From: Diplonema japonicum
Taxonomy: Eukaryota > Protista > Euglenozoa: Diplonemea
Assembly (NCBI GenBank): GCA_964019335.1
Contig: OZ025717.1
Span: 372,001 to 436,000 of the forward strand
Direction: 5' to 3'
DNA length: 64,000 nt
Shown: positions 45,013-56,953 of the stretch, piece after piece
Layout: each line of letters opens with the position of its first letter
How positions within the stretch are numbered: position 1 is the first letter of the stretch
Notes under the pieces: model-generated
The model's database searches: none
What the model was told of the DNA's origin: nothing
What the model saw: the letters and a program-made list of their open reading frames with translations, nothing else
Program-made: the position numbers and the translations under genes

Positions 45013-48000
45013 TTACCAATCTTCGTTTTCTTGCCAGAATCCCTTGTTTTCCTCTGCAATCATAGATGCTTTGCTCTGTGGTAAAGAAAATAAAATAAAA
45101 TAAAAAATAAATAAAAAAAACACACCATTGGTTCAAGGAACTCACCCATGCACTCAAACAGCGGCATCACGATGTAATTCATGAAACCAATTTGCCCCTT
45201 CGCCATGACAGTTGTGTACCGGTCCATGAAGGGAGACACAGGCATGCCCTGCAAGCGCTCACGATCTCCCTGGATTTTTTTTTGTTTTCTCTCTTTTTTT
45301 TTTTTTTTTTCTTCACATACTTGTTGGAAGAACTCATCTACAATAACATTGCACCACCCGTGGTACAACTTCTGCGGTCTGCCACAGTTGGAAATGTCGG
45401 CCATTTTCACACACATTGTGATGGCAAGGTTTTTGTCCGCTTTCGTTTTGTGCATTTTAGAGTCCGTGGTCTCGAGCCTCTTCTTGAATCTCGAGAGGAT
45501 CATCGCGTGCAGCCCCATGTCTGTCCCCAGAATGAACTCAACAATATCATCCCTCATCTTCGCGTAGGCATCACCCTTGAAGGCCTTCAGGATGTTGAAC
45601 TTCTCCATCCTCATCAGTTCGAACACACTGCTCGCGTGGATGTTCTCGTTCACACTCCTGTCGTTGAACAGCACCGCCAAGTAGTTCTGGGACCTCACGT
45701 GGAAGGCGTTGTTGATGCCAGGGTGGTTGTAGTCGTGTATTGCTGCAGCGAAAATCGCAGCAAACATCTCCTCATCCGTCGCCTTCACCTTGTCCTTGCA
45801 CCCCCCAGGCCCCAAGATGTAATGCGTCACGTGCAGCACATCTGCCGCGTGCATGCTGTTGTGGTACGGGTTCGGGTGGTACCCCGCCTCCACAATCGAC
45901 AACCAATTCAGCAGCGTGTTCTCGTCGATGTTGAACTTCTGCATGAACTGCCACTTGTACATCAAGGCGTAGGCCGTGATGAACAGGGCACCACCGCTTG
46001 GCTGCGATCTCAGGTTCTCACCGCTGATCCCACCAGACATTGTTTCCTGTGTTGTGTTGTGTTGTGTTGGTGTTCTTGTTGTGTTTCAAGTATACCTGCA
46101 AGTCGAACACATCATAGTCCCAGTCGTCCAGCTTCAGGACGAGATCCCAAATGCGCTGTCTCTTGTCGTCAGCAATGTTCTTTGTGACCTATACAGTGTG
46201 GTGGATGAGTGTGTACTTTTTTTCCCATACATTGCAGAAATCGGAGGTGAGGTACGGGGTGATGGCGTTGCACCACTTGGCCTGCATGGGATCGGGGAGA
46301 GTAGTGAGGTCATCAGGCGAACCGTGCTCCTTGGTGAGGTACTTGGACTTTAGGATCTTCAGGATTTCCGGGTCCACGTCCTTCCTGTCAGGGGGTTCTG
46401 TCACACCAGGGGGGAGGGGCGCCTTGAGGGGGTTCCTCACCTTGATGGCCAAGGCGTCCTCGATCTCCACCTTCACAGCGTTGCCACCCTTGGAAGTCAG
46501 TTCCTTTTGAAGCTCGGAGAGTTTGGGTTTCAAGTCGGCGGACTGCTTAGCGCATGCTTGGATGCAGCCCCTCAAAGCCTTCTCCTCACCGTGCAGTGCG
46601 AGGGACTTGTTACCGGCTGTGGCTGCCTTGTTAGCGGCCTCCTCCACTTTCCTGTCGACGTACCTCATTGCACTCAAGCTTCGCAGCTCCAGGTAGGACT
46701 TCAGGTACGACATGATCTCGTTGGCATCGCCACCCGGGACAGTGGTCAGGTCTAGCTTAACGTTGCCCACGCTCAGCGTTGCCTTGTCGCCCGAGACGCT
46801 TGAGGTAGATGTGCTGTCCCTGAAGGAAACAGCCACCTCCTCAAGGAACTGCGCCGTGTCTTTTACACCCCTCTTCGCAAGCGCGATGTCGTCGAAGCAC
46901 TCCTCGTACAGGTTGTTCTTGCTGTCAGCAAAGCTGATCCACAGCGAGTTGGAGTCAGGGCCCACCCTCGCGAAGGCAACACCGTTCGTGGTGCCTCCGA
47001 ACAGCTTGGGAGTGATGGCCAGGGCAGACTTCAACGCTGCACCACTTGAACCACCATCCTGTGATTGTGGTTGAAACATAGGAGAAACAAACCTTCTCAA
47101 AAACTTCTTTATTCGCCTTTGCGTCCGCAACACAGCAGTCCAGGTCAGGTGCTAAGCGTGCCATTTCTTCAAACAGCGGCAGAACAACCTGTGAAGAGAG
47201 TTAAAACAAACAGGGAAAGATCATACCTGATCGATAAATGTGGCCTGGCCTCTTGAGAATGTCAAGTCGTGCAGGTTGCGCTCGGTGGTCCAACTGTTGT
47301 GGTTATTGTTTGGTAAACAAGAATAAAGAAGAAACATACCACGTGTTGAAGAAGCTGGAGGGTGCCATCCCAAGGGAGAGTTCCTCGTCACCTTGTCGGT
47401 AGTATTCTTCGGCCACCTTTTCCATCCATTTCTTGTGGACGTTCTGTGGCCTGCCCCACACAGACCAGTCAGTCATGCGCACGGCGTGTGTGATGGCATG
47501 TCTGATGTTGTCCTTGGTGGTCCAGTCGGCACCGCTCGCTGCGAGTGCCCTGAAGTCTTGGAGTCTCTCCATGGGCTGCTTCATCTGGACGTTGGCCTTG
47601 ATGAAGAGGGCTTCTCTTACCGTTTCGATGACATCCTTGTTCTGGTCGGGTGTTAGTGTCTTCAACAGATCAAGCTTCCCGTTGTAGAAGAGCTCTGCCG
47701 CAACAGTGAGGTTGTTTTGGGTGTTCTGGTACAGGTCGCTGTAAAGCATCGACAGCATGGAACCCGCCCTCTTGATGAACTGGTCGTCGTACCCCTCGTG
47801 GTCCAGGTCAAGGATGCCTGCGCAGATCAGGGCCGCCATGATATCTTCTTTCGCGAACTTAATCGTTTTCTCTAGGGCTTGAAGGATGAAATGCATTACG
47901 ATCATGCAGTCGGTAGCCCTGGACCCGCCGTGGTACGGCACACCGTGGCATCTCCTTTCCACCGCAGAGAAGAAGTTGAGAACAACCGCCTTGTCCATGC

Positions 48001-49072
48001 CGAAGGCATCTGTGATGCCGTGGTACTCGAACAGGGCCAAGGCCACATCGTGCAGGCCAACATCCATCGCGAAGACGTCGCTACCCCACCCAAGAGTCGA
48101 CACGTCTAAGGCCTTGGGCTCTGCGGTAGGGGGGATGTCACAGCTGTACAAGTCGTCCAGAGGGTGGCTGGGTGCACCGACTGTTATCTTTTCAATTTCT
48201 TGCTTTGTTTTTGCGATCTCACCAGTAGTCTCGCCGAGCGATCGGAGAGCAGAGGCGGCCTCCTCTCTCAAGGTCACCAGCACAGGGGTCAGTCTCGCTT
48301 CTGCTGTCGCCCCCGCCAACAAAATGGATTCAGATATGTTATACTCCGCCTCTTTCCTGGACAAGTCTACTTCTCGCAGCTTCTTGTCATCCTTCTTTTC
48401 CTCCTTGGCCTCCTCCTCCACTTCTTTCCTTTTTTGTTGGAATATCTTGGGCATGACCGAGATGAAGTGGATGTACGCGCTGGTTTGCTTTTGGAGCTCG
48501 ACAGACATGGTCGCCTCTTTGGGTTCGCCCTTGCTCTTCATTCTGATCTCAGCGGCAGCGCCATGGTTGGTTACTTTGACGTCTGCCTTGTTCATTGCAG
48601 AAGCAAACATTTTCCAGTAAATGGGCCACTCCATAACAGGGGTCGACAGACCTTCCTTGATCTTCGTGAGCTCTGCATCAGACAGGGACTTGGAGTACGT
48701 GTCGTGTGTCTTCACGTTGTAGACTGCAATGGTGAGCCCCGACATGTCCGATACGTGCCCGTATGCACATATGAGACATGTGGTCTCCTTTTCGTCTGAC
48801 AGTTGAGACGTGGCCATCAGAGGTCCCGGCATGTGCTTCTCCCGTCCTTGGCTTGTTGACGATTCCTCAATCGCACCGCCTTTCGGCGAAGCGACGTCAT
48901 TTGTTCCCGGATGCGGGGATGCCTGGCTAGACTTCACTGGATCAGGGGTGTTCTTCACAGGCTCCTTTACTGCACCTCCCTTCTTCTCCTCAGCTTTATA
49001 CTTCCCCTCTGCTCCTTTATCCCTCTTATCAGCCTTGGTCTCGGTACCACTGGTTGAACTACCACAACCCAT
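45013..49072 (-). CDS. Acylated class-I cyclic nucleotide phosphodiesterase with a degenerate N-terminal PDE domain and an intact C-terminal PDE domain; 8 exons
   Basis: MGCGSS start. Introns 47294-47339, 47189-47226, 47059-47092, 46189-46230, 46047-46095, 45270-45320 and 45076-45125 join three ORFs in frame. Intact motifs YHNSMHAADV, AAIHDYNHPG, LGTDM, KMADISN, EFFQQGDRE, GQIGF. Confidence 0.88.
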
Positions 49073-49349
49073 CTTTATGGGTGCTTATGTGTGTTTAGGG
49101 TCCGCTAAAGGAAAAACCAACCCTAGTCCCCTGTTGTGAAGCATGGATGAGCAGTGCACAAATAAAAAAAGAAGACAAGTAATAAAAAAAAATAAGGGTT
49201 CTTTGACTGTGCTGCAGTGAGATTCCTGCACTCGTAAGAGGAACAGCCTAGGCTTGGATACACAGAACCAATGATAACCTCTGTGGCAGGTAGCAGCACA
49301 CCAAGGCCCTTTTTGAATAGTGAAACTAAAAGGTCAGAAAGTGGAACAC

Positions 49350-51971
49350 TCATGCAAGTAAGTACCAGCTGCATCTTGCCTCTGTGGCAGCCGCCCTTAC
49401 CATGCGCTTTGGATCATCGAGGACAGGGATGAGTCCTGCTACTACCTGCTGCTTGAAAGATACCGCTGCGTGTGCCACATGCTTGTCGGTAGCAATAAGA
49501 TTGAGGATATTGAGCGCGGTGGTACGGATGTTCTTCCTTGGCTTGTAGGCAGATGCTCTCAGCAGTGACGGGACAAGAAGGGAGAGAAGGGGGATCTTCG
49601 CCACTGCCGCGGGGTCCTGCTGCACCAGAGTATGCAGAATGTCCAACGAAGAGGCCACTATGCCACCGTTTTCACACGACAGGCCGCCCGTCACAACAGG
49701 AAGCAATTTCTCAGCATCTGCCGACACCAAAGCAGCAGGCGCGTGGGACACAGTCACAGCAACACTTTCAAAGATATGCCCCTTCTTTGTTTCATCTGTC
49801 TCGCTTTTGTATCTCATGAGCAACACAGGCAGGATCTTTGCATACACTTTCTGGGACCAAAGGAACTTTCTCACATGGCCCAGCACGGGGCCAAGGCTCG
49901 GCATATCCGAGAACACTGTACTTAGAACGCCTGACACTTCCGTGTTGTTGGTGACCATCTCGACCAAGGCTTGCATCGACTCCTCGTCGCCCTTCATGAC
50001 ACCTGCCTTCAGGAGGAGGCCGACATGAGGCGATGCCGCAAAACCGACAGGCATCTTGCTGTTCTGCGACTTGTTCACACAGGATGCAATGGCGAGCACC
50101 CGTTCCTTGGACATGTCGCCAGTCACCGCTGACGCGTCCAAAGCGACCTCCACACCCTTCCTTACACCACACACAAGCGAGTACCACACTTCCTTGTCTT
50201 TGCATTCGTCGAGCACTGCCATTTGCCCCTCTTCACTAAGTAACCCCAGCGCCAGCTGCAGAGCTCCGTGCAGCTCCTTACCACACTTTGCCACCGCCCC
50301 CGATACTGTAGCTGCTGTCAAAATACCAGAAGGTGACACCGGTTTCAACTGCATGCTGGAGTCTACAATTTTGTTAAGCACCGCAACACAGAGAGCATGC
50401 TGGGCGGTAGCCTCAGACACCAGAACGGTCAGTGTCTGGGATATCACGTGCATAAGGTTATTAACATCGCTTGTAATAGACAGCAATGCACTCTGGGCAC
50501 GCTCGGAGTCGAATGCTGGTGCCGCAAGGAGCTTGGGGATCACTGTCCCACTTGTAAGGGAAGGGGTCTTCACCACAGCGGCTTGCAGTGCTTTGATAAC
50601 CATGACACGAGACTCGTTTTCGGTGATGTTCAAAAGTATGCTCACAAGGCACTCGGCTGCTCTGGGCGAGGACTTGGTCCCAAACTGCATTATGGAGCTG
50701 CAGGCTTCACCGCACAATATCATTCCCTCAGTCGTGATTCCCTTCTCCGCACTCGAAAAGACCGCGTCCTCCATTGTATCCACCTCAACTGGCACATTTA
50801 GTTTTGCGGCAGCGCCCAGAACCGCGTTATAAATACCCAGGATGGAGACTCTTCTGTTGATGTCGTCGGGCTTCTCGAGGAAGCCACTGTGCAGCACAGG
50901 AATGAGCCTGTTTACGATCACGTTGAGTACGTTTGGCGCAGCAGAAGCTGTGAAGTGCACCAAAGCGGAGTAGGTCTTGGCGTTGACAAAGCCTTGCGGC
51001 ACGGAGGCCATGTTGAGCACACCATCAAAGAGAAGCTTCAGGTGCGCGTGAAGAAGGTCGTCTGTTTTGTACTTCGCGATGACCTGTGCTATACACGTAA
51101 CAGTCTTGAACAGACTGTGCATGAGGAGGTCGTCACCCCTCATACTTGCGTTGAGGGTTTCTGTCCTGATTTGCGTCCACAGCTCGGAGAAATAGGGTTC
51201 GATCAGCATCTCTCCGTCCTCGTAGCTGGTACAGCACTCGTTGATCATTTGCAGGGAATCTAATTTAGTCTCGCTGAGAGGGGATGAAAGCTTGTCGAGA
51301 GCAAACGGAATGGCGAAGTCCGAGAAGCAAGGGTGCGTGCAGCATTTCAGGACGTTTTGCTTCAGGGCAGTGTTGGAAACAGGGTTCTTTTCCTTCTTGG
51401 GAGGAGTGTAGGAGATGGGGAAGTAGCACGACACAACGTCGAACATTTCCTCAAGAAGGGTGGGGTCCTCCGAAGCAATCCCAACCTTGCCCAGCTTTAC
51501 GGTAACCGCGCTGTGCACTGCGAATGTCAACAGCAAGCATCTCGGATCCCTTTCGCCGTCAATGGCTTTGATGAAGTCATTGACAAAGGCGGCAGTGGGG
51601 GGGACATCATCGGTCTGCAGGTGCCTCCTGATGATATCAAACACGGCAAGTCTGTGGCACTGGTCCAGGTTCTGAACAGCAACCTTCCCTAAAACGCTGC
51701 CGAGGAGGGTCGTCCTTTGATGCCCCTTCAAGTATTCATGCAGCACCGACGCAACCTCCACACTCTCAGCAGGATACCTCTCAAGGCACCCGACCACCAT
51801 TGTCAGGAGTGCTTCTTCCTTCTCACCACACCCCTTCGCTTTGATCATCGTGCTAATCAATTGTAAGTCCTTTGCATCACCTTCGCCAGCCATGACCGCG
51901 TCCCACCCCTGTTCCAGTGCTTCCTCTATCGGCCTTGCACCTGCTTTCCATTCTTTAATAACACCCGCCAT
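49350..51971 (-). CDS. MMS19: MMS19/Met18 cytosolic Fe-S assembly HEAT-repeat protein
   Basis: FIKAIDGERDPRCLLLTF, FDVVSCYFPISYTPP, FLWSQKVY, C-terminal LDDPKRMVRAAATEARCSW. Confidence 0.9.
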   Translation of the reverse strand: MAGVIKEWKAGARPIEEALEQGWDAVMAGEGDAKDLQLISTMIKAKGCGEKEEALLTMVVGCLERYPAESVEVASVLHEYLKGHQRTTLLGSVLGKVAVQNLDQCHRLAVFDIIRRHLQTDDVPPTAAFVNDFIKAIDGERDPRCLLLTFAVHSAVTVKLGKVGIASEDPTLLEEMFDVVSCYFPISYTPPKKEKNPVSNTALKQNVLKCCTHPCFSDFAIPFALDKLSSPLSETKLDSLQMINECCTSYEDGEMLIEPYFSELWTQIRTETLNASMRGDDLLMHSLFKTVTCIAQVIAKYKTDDLLHAHLKLLFDGVLNMASVPQGFVNAKTYSALVHFTASAAPNVLNVIVNRLIPVLHSGFLEKPDDINRRVSILGIYNAVLGAAAKLNVPVEVDTMEDAVFSSAEKGITTEGMILCGEACSSIMQFGTKSSPRAAECLVSILLNITENESRVMVIKALQAAVVKTPSLTSGTVIPKLLAAPAFDSERAQSALLSITSDVNNLMHVISQTLTVLVSEATAQHALCVAVLNKIVDSSMQLKPVSPSGILTAATVSGAVAKCGKELHGALQLALGLLSEEGQMAVLDECKDKEVWYSLVCGVRKGVEVALDASAVTGDMSKERVLAIASCVNKSQNSKMPVGFAASPHVGLLLKAGVMKGDEESMQALVEMVTNNTEVSGVLSTVFSDMPSLGPVLGHVRKFLWSQKVYAKILPVLLMRYKSETDETKKGHIFESVAVTVSHAPAALVSADAEKLLPVVTGGLSCENGGIVASSLDILHTLVQQDPAAVAKIPLLSLLVPSLLRASAYKPRKNIRTTALNILNLIATDKHVAHAAVSFKQQVVAGLIPVLDDPKRMVRAAATEARCSWYLLA

Positions 51972-52053
51972 GTGAATCCTGTTGGTGCTGGGAGGATTCG
52001 CAAAAAAGAATAAAAGAAATACGTGGATACAAAGGTACAAACAAATGGAAATC

Positions 52054-52710
52054 CTACAGCCCGTTCTGGATGGCTGCTGCCTGATGCTGGAGGATCTGCT
52101 GCTGGATTTGGATCTGTTGGAGTTGCAGCTGTTGGAGCTGTGAGGAAGGGGAAGCAGCGGGAGTGGGGGAGGACACTGTGGGAACTAGGTTGACAGGAGA
52201 GGAGCTTGGAGACGCGTTGTGAACCCTGCGCTGTGAGGTGGGCACGAGTTGTTCCCAGAATGAAGCAGCCTGTGCGCGCCACAAAGGGTTGGTGGGGAAG
52301 ACTTCTTGGAGCATTGCGCTCCTGTCGTCGACAGGCGCGTGCTGCACATCTTCGAAGGCCAGGTCTTTGCACGACAAGGATGACAAGAAGGCTGTCCAGA
52401 TGTCGAGCGACGAGAGATTCGTGTTTGCCGCCGTCACCTGCAACTGCTGCTGTTGTGCTTGGAACGTGTGCTGCTGTTGCTGCTCAGGACTCAGTTGAAG
52501 CTGACCCTGAATTTGGTGCTCTCTCCTGGGGCTAATGATCTTGGATAGCCTGATCCACATTGTATTCGCGTAAGCCCTATACAGCGGCGCATGAGGAAAG
52601 ATTTCCCGCAGGATGTCCTCTCTGTCCCCGTCCTCAGCAAGCTGCACATCTTCGAAGTCGAGCCCACGGCTCTTCAATGCCTTGAGAACGGCTGGCCAGA
52701 CTGCTTCCAT
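52054..52710 (-). CDS. Hypothetical protein with two ~50-aa helical (SAM-like) repeats and Q-rich tracts
   Basis: LDFEDVQLAEDGDREDILREIFPHAPLYRA vs LAFEDVQHAPVDDRSAMLQEVFPTNPLWRA. Confidence 0.7.
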   Translation of the reverse strand: MEAVWPAVLKALKSRGLDFEDVQLAEDGDREDILREIFPHAPLYRAYANTMWIRLSKIISPRREHQIQGQLQLSPEQQQQHTFQAQQQQLQVTAANTNLSSLDIWTAFLSSLSCKDLAFEDVQHAPVDDRSAMLQEVFPTNPLWRAQAASFWEQLVPTSQRRVHNASPSSSPVNLVPTVSSPTPAASPSSQLQQLQLQQIQIQQQILQHQAAAIQNGL

Positions 52711-53609
52711 GGTTCACTGTGATAGTTTTTTTTTCTAAAGTTCTCATGACGCACAAGTACTATAAATATGAAAGAAAGCACGGAACACATAAAAAGAAGA
52801 ATGGGGGGGAGAGAGAGAGGGGAGGGAAGTGAACCAAATCACAGAATAGAAAAATAAGTAAGAGAATAAAGAAAAAATGACTTACCATTACGCCGTGGGG
52901 GGGAGCATTTAACTCAAGGTGGAGGTGGAGTAGTTATTGGAACATGCAAAAGAAAAGAGGAAGAGTGAGGAGGGGGAGGGTTCGAGAATAGATAGAAGTA
53001 CCTTGAGTTACAAAAGTAAAAAAAAAAAAAGTTGTCTGGCATGACCCAAGCCAGCGTGGTCATAACCTTCTACAGGTGACTCGGGAGGCGCCTGAGGCAA
53101 AATAATGTTCGTTGGTCAAAAGGAGAACAAGGGGACATAGGGGAGGGAAATGAAACGGATGTATAACTGCTGGGAGGGGTAGATACCCTCTTTTTTTCCA
53201 AACACCAGCATAAAAAAGGAGAAAGAAAACAGATATAGCAATGGTAAATCTACGTGGTGGGTTTTTAATTTCAAAAAAAGAACCTGCAGGAGTTCGGGCG
53301 CCTCCAGCTAGAAGATCATAATGTTGAATCTACTTAAGAGCGCAATCTCTTTCTTTTTTATTATTCCCTCCGTGATGCATTTACCTTGGTGTTAAAAAAA
53401 AAGAACAAAAAACCACAATGAAGCAAGCCTACATCAAGGATAGGCTCAAGAATAAAAAAACAGATTAGAGGGGAGGGGGTTTCTCTTTTTTGGGGGAATA
53501 AAAATCATATGGACCTCAATGGGTTTGAAAACTATCTTTTCATTTCCCTCGCCTTCCCTCTTTTTGAGTGATGAGCGTTGTGTTCACTTCCAAAAAAAAA
53601 AAAAAAAAG

Positions 53610-53718
53610 CTAGTTTGGCGTTTCATTTGTTTGTGCGCACGAGCGGAATTTTACCTAGTAAACCAGCCCGTTACACTGCCATCAACTAGTTTTTAGTCTC
53701 GACAATAATGTTGTTAAA
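53610..53718. repeat. ~100-bp dispersed element (copy 2)
   Basis: Similar to 22068-22170. Confidence 0.7.
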
Positions 53719-53856
53719 AGAAAAAAGAAAAAGGTGGTTATAAAAGTTGTCTTTTAAGCCTTTTTATTCAAAAAAAGAACAAATGTTTAATGAGGGGAAG
53801 GAGTAGATGTGGAGTAGATTGTACTAAAAAAAAATATAAGAGATATAAGAATCCAG

Positions 53857-54030
53857 TGTCGGTGGCGCCCTGCACAAGCACTGTCCACTTGATTCTGAAA
53901 CCGAGATTCTACGCTCGTGCAATTTGCTACCTGTTCGTCACCTTCTTCTCGGGTGCTACGGTGATGACCAACGAGGAGGCAGCAAACACCACATCTGATG
54001 TACTTTATATCTCAATGTTATCCACCACCA
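53857..54030 (+). repeat. Dispersed ~320-bp repeat family, internally deleted copy
   Basis: gtggcgccctgcacaagcactgtccacttgatt...gattctacgctcgtgca...cacatctgatgtac...ttatccaccacc. Confidence 0.75.
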
Positions 54031-55385
54031 AGAGAAGAAAAAAAAGAGATTAAAAAAATACCTCGCTCTACTCGGTGAGGCACCGTATCAGTGGCAGAAG
54101 GAGACTGTCTTTAAAAAAACGTAGCCTTTTTTTAAACTCTCTTACCCCCCCCCCCCCCCCCCCCGAGAGAATAGGCTTACGTAGAAAGCGAAAGAAGGAG
54201 GGAAGAGAAGGAGAGAAGAGAAGGAGAAAAGAGAAGAGAAGAGACAGAGAAGACCTCGGGGCTGCCAAAAAAAAAAAACAACAAGGGAAAAGAAAATGCA
54301 TTCGAGCAGTTGGCTTTCTGAATAAACCTGCTACATCCACTGGTAAGGGAGGGCGAAGGAGCTTTTCTTTCTTTTTTTTTTCCTGAACGGGTAAAGAGCA
54401 TAAGGGGCGGGTAGAAGCTTGTTGTGCTTTTTTTAGAGTAACAAAAAAAACCCAGTGGAGAGGAGGGAGATACCGTTGTACACTGGCGAATGGGGGGGGG
54501 GGGGGGTGCCGCCGCAAAACTTGGAGCAAGTCTGGAATCCAGCAGGCTTATGCGAATACCGACAAATGCCTCCTTTGACGATTTTCAAAAAGAAATTGCT
54601 CCAATTCTAGCCAATTGGATACCGCCCACTTACAGAAGATGGCAATAAAGGACTCACCTTGCTTAAGCAAGGTGAGTAGGCTGGTTTGATGGGGGGGGGG
54701 GGGGGGGGGAGAGGAAAGAAAAACAACATTAACCGGAAAAATTCACCCTATTAGAATTTCTAACCACGGGGGGGGGGGGGGTATAGAAACTAAGTGTTGG
54801 TGAATTAATGGTTTTTTTTTCTTTTCTTCTTTTTTTTTGAAGATCCTGAAATGCTTCATTTTGAAGGAGGTTTTCAAGTAATGGCCTCTGCCTTCTTTTT
54901 ATGTAATTTTCTTTTTTTTTTTCTCTTTTCTTCCTCTTTAGTTAATTTTGCATGCTAGATTCACCTTTTTATTTTTATTTTTCTTATTGTATTTCCCCTT
55001 TTTTTTCTTTATTCCCGCGACTCCTGCTGTTGTTGGAAAATACGCCTTTTTTTTTTGGCGTTCACCTCCACCCAAAAAGGGGAACAAAAGGGCGAGGGAT
55101 GAACCAACAGCAGCATTGAACAGGAGTTGCCAAAAATGACTTATACGACCTAAAGGTAGACAGAAAGTTGAAGAATCAGAATTGGTGAAATTAATTAACT
55201 ATAAAAAATAAAGGAAATGAAAAAAAAAAAAGAGAGAGAACAGAGAGAGAGAATAACATCAGGGGAAACCCAGTTGCTTCACAGGTATAACCCCACAAGC
55301 AACCTTAATTTCGAGAAAAAAAAGTCGACCTATGCATCCCAAGCCGCGATGTGGAAAAATATTAGCAAAGACTAACCTTTTTGCA

Positions 55386-55476
55386 GACCTCCACCAGAGT
55401 TTCCCCCGGCTTCGTCCTATCCAGGCATAGTTCACCATCTTTCGGGTCCCAACAAGTGTACTTTACCTCAAATCCC
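55386..55476 (-). pseudogene. Isolated fragment of LSU (28S) rRNA
   Basis: Minus strand reads TTGGGACCCGAAAGATGGTGAACTATGCCTGGATAGGACGAAGCCGGGGGAAACTCTGGTGGAGG, the conserved eukaryotic LSU segment. No flanking rRNA. Confidence 0.85.
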
Positions 55477-56953
55477 TTTCCAATAAATCAGGAATAGATC
55501 GGAAGGGGCATTGACTTACAGAAATATATCATTAGATTTAGAAAGGGGGAAACACCAGGCTTTGATGCATAGATTTTCCTTTTTATTTCAATTATAATTT
55601 TTATCTTCCCTCACCATCATTTGACTTCTTTTCTCTCTTACCCTTGATTTCTTTTTTTTTTCTCCAGAGACTCGCTTTTTTTTAGTGTTTGTCTGGGGAT
55701 GGGGCTTAGTTATGGTGTGATAAGTAGGTGGGAGGGGAAGGGGAGACGAGCAACAAAACAAGATAAAAGAAAACGAAAAAAAAAATTCCACACACAACAA
55801 AAAAAAAAAAACGGAATTTATTTTCCCCTCTCTCTCTCTCTCTCTCTTGAAAAAAAAAATGTTCATTTATTTCTCTTTTTTTCCCTTGTTCTTTTCTCTT
55901 TCCTGTAACTAAGAAAAAAAAGAAGGGGGGGTTCATGGATGACTTCCAGGAACCCGTAGAACTCCTGGTAGGGAAGGGAACGCTATGGTACTGTTTACGT
56001 GCCTTTTTTTTTTTTTTTTTTTTGCGATTTTAGACGTGTAGAATTTTAATGCTTTGCCAAAATAAAAACTTTCCTTACTTCAGCAAGGAGTGGCAAAAGG
56101 ATACATTACTACTGGGCCAGTGACCCAGTAGTTTTCACCAACAAGGGTTGTATCAATCCACACTTTCACAGAGGAGAAGGCGAACACGGCACCCCACTCA
56201 CACAGTGCAACATCACCGTGCTCCGTAGTTGCCTGAGCCCTCACTTCCTCTGTGGGCGTGTGGTGTAGGACGGGGTGTGGTGTATCTTCAAATTTTCTCT
56301 TGTTGTTACTTTTAGTTTGTCATTTTATTTTCTTCTTTTGTTCTCTATTTATATAACCGCCTGCGAGGGGCGGGAAGGGTTTAAAAAAAATAGGGGAAAG
56401 GGGGGGGGGAAGGGGAAATACTGAACAAACACTTACATGAAAAAAAAAGAAAGAAAAAAGGTCAGAACAAGAGCCATGTCTGATACTGGTTTCTTTATTG
56501 TTTATTTCTCGTTCTTTCCTTTTTAAAAAAAAAAATAAATAAAATAACTGGGATTTATTTTCTTTCTTCTTTCGCTGTTTTCCCTTTCTTTCTTGCAATG
56601 GATTGACCACCATCCGTGTGGCATTTCTCAAAACACGGTGTGGCAGTGCTCATGCACGACGTGAGGTGAGGAGAGCCTTTTATCTATCAGACATCTTTAT
56701 CAACATTCCAAGACTTGTGTCTCAGGAGTACACGCCGGGATTAGTGACCCACCCTCTGGGCACCACGTGAGACGGTAACGATCAACACAAACTTTTTTAT
56801 GTGCGAAATATAAAAAAAAAGAAAAACAACGTGCGGCTGTACACCTATTCCACGTTCTACCGTTTAACTAAAGCGACTAAGAAGCTGATTTTTCGTTTTT
56901 TTTTCTTTTTTTTTTCTTCTGTTCCTTATTATTTTTTTTTTCAAAATAATGCG

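Noticed and set aside
56158-56263. SECIS element
   Set aside because: No AUGA/GA quartet with apical AA, and the upstream DUSP has no in-frame TGA.
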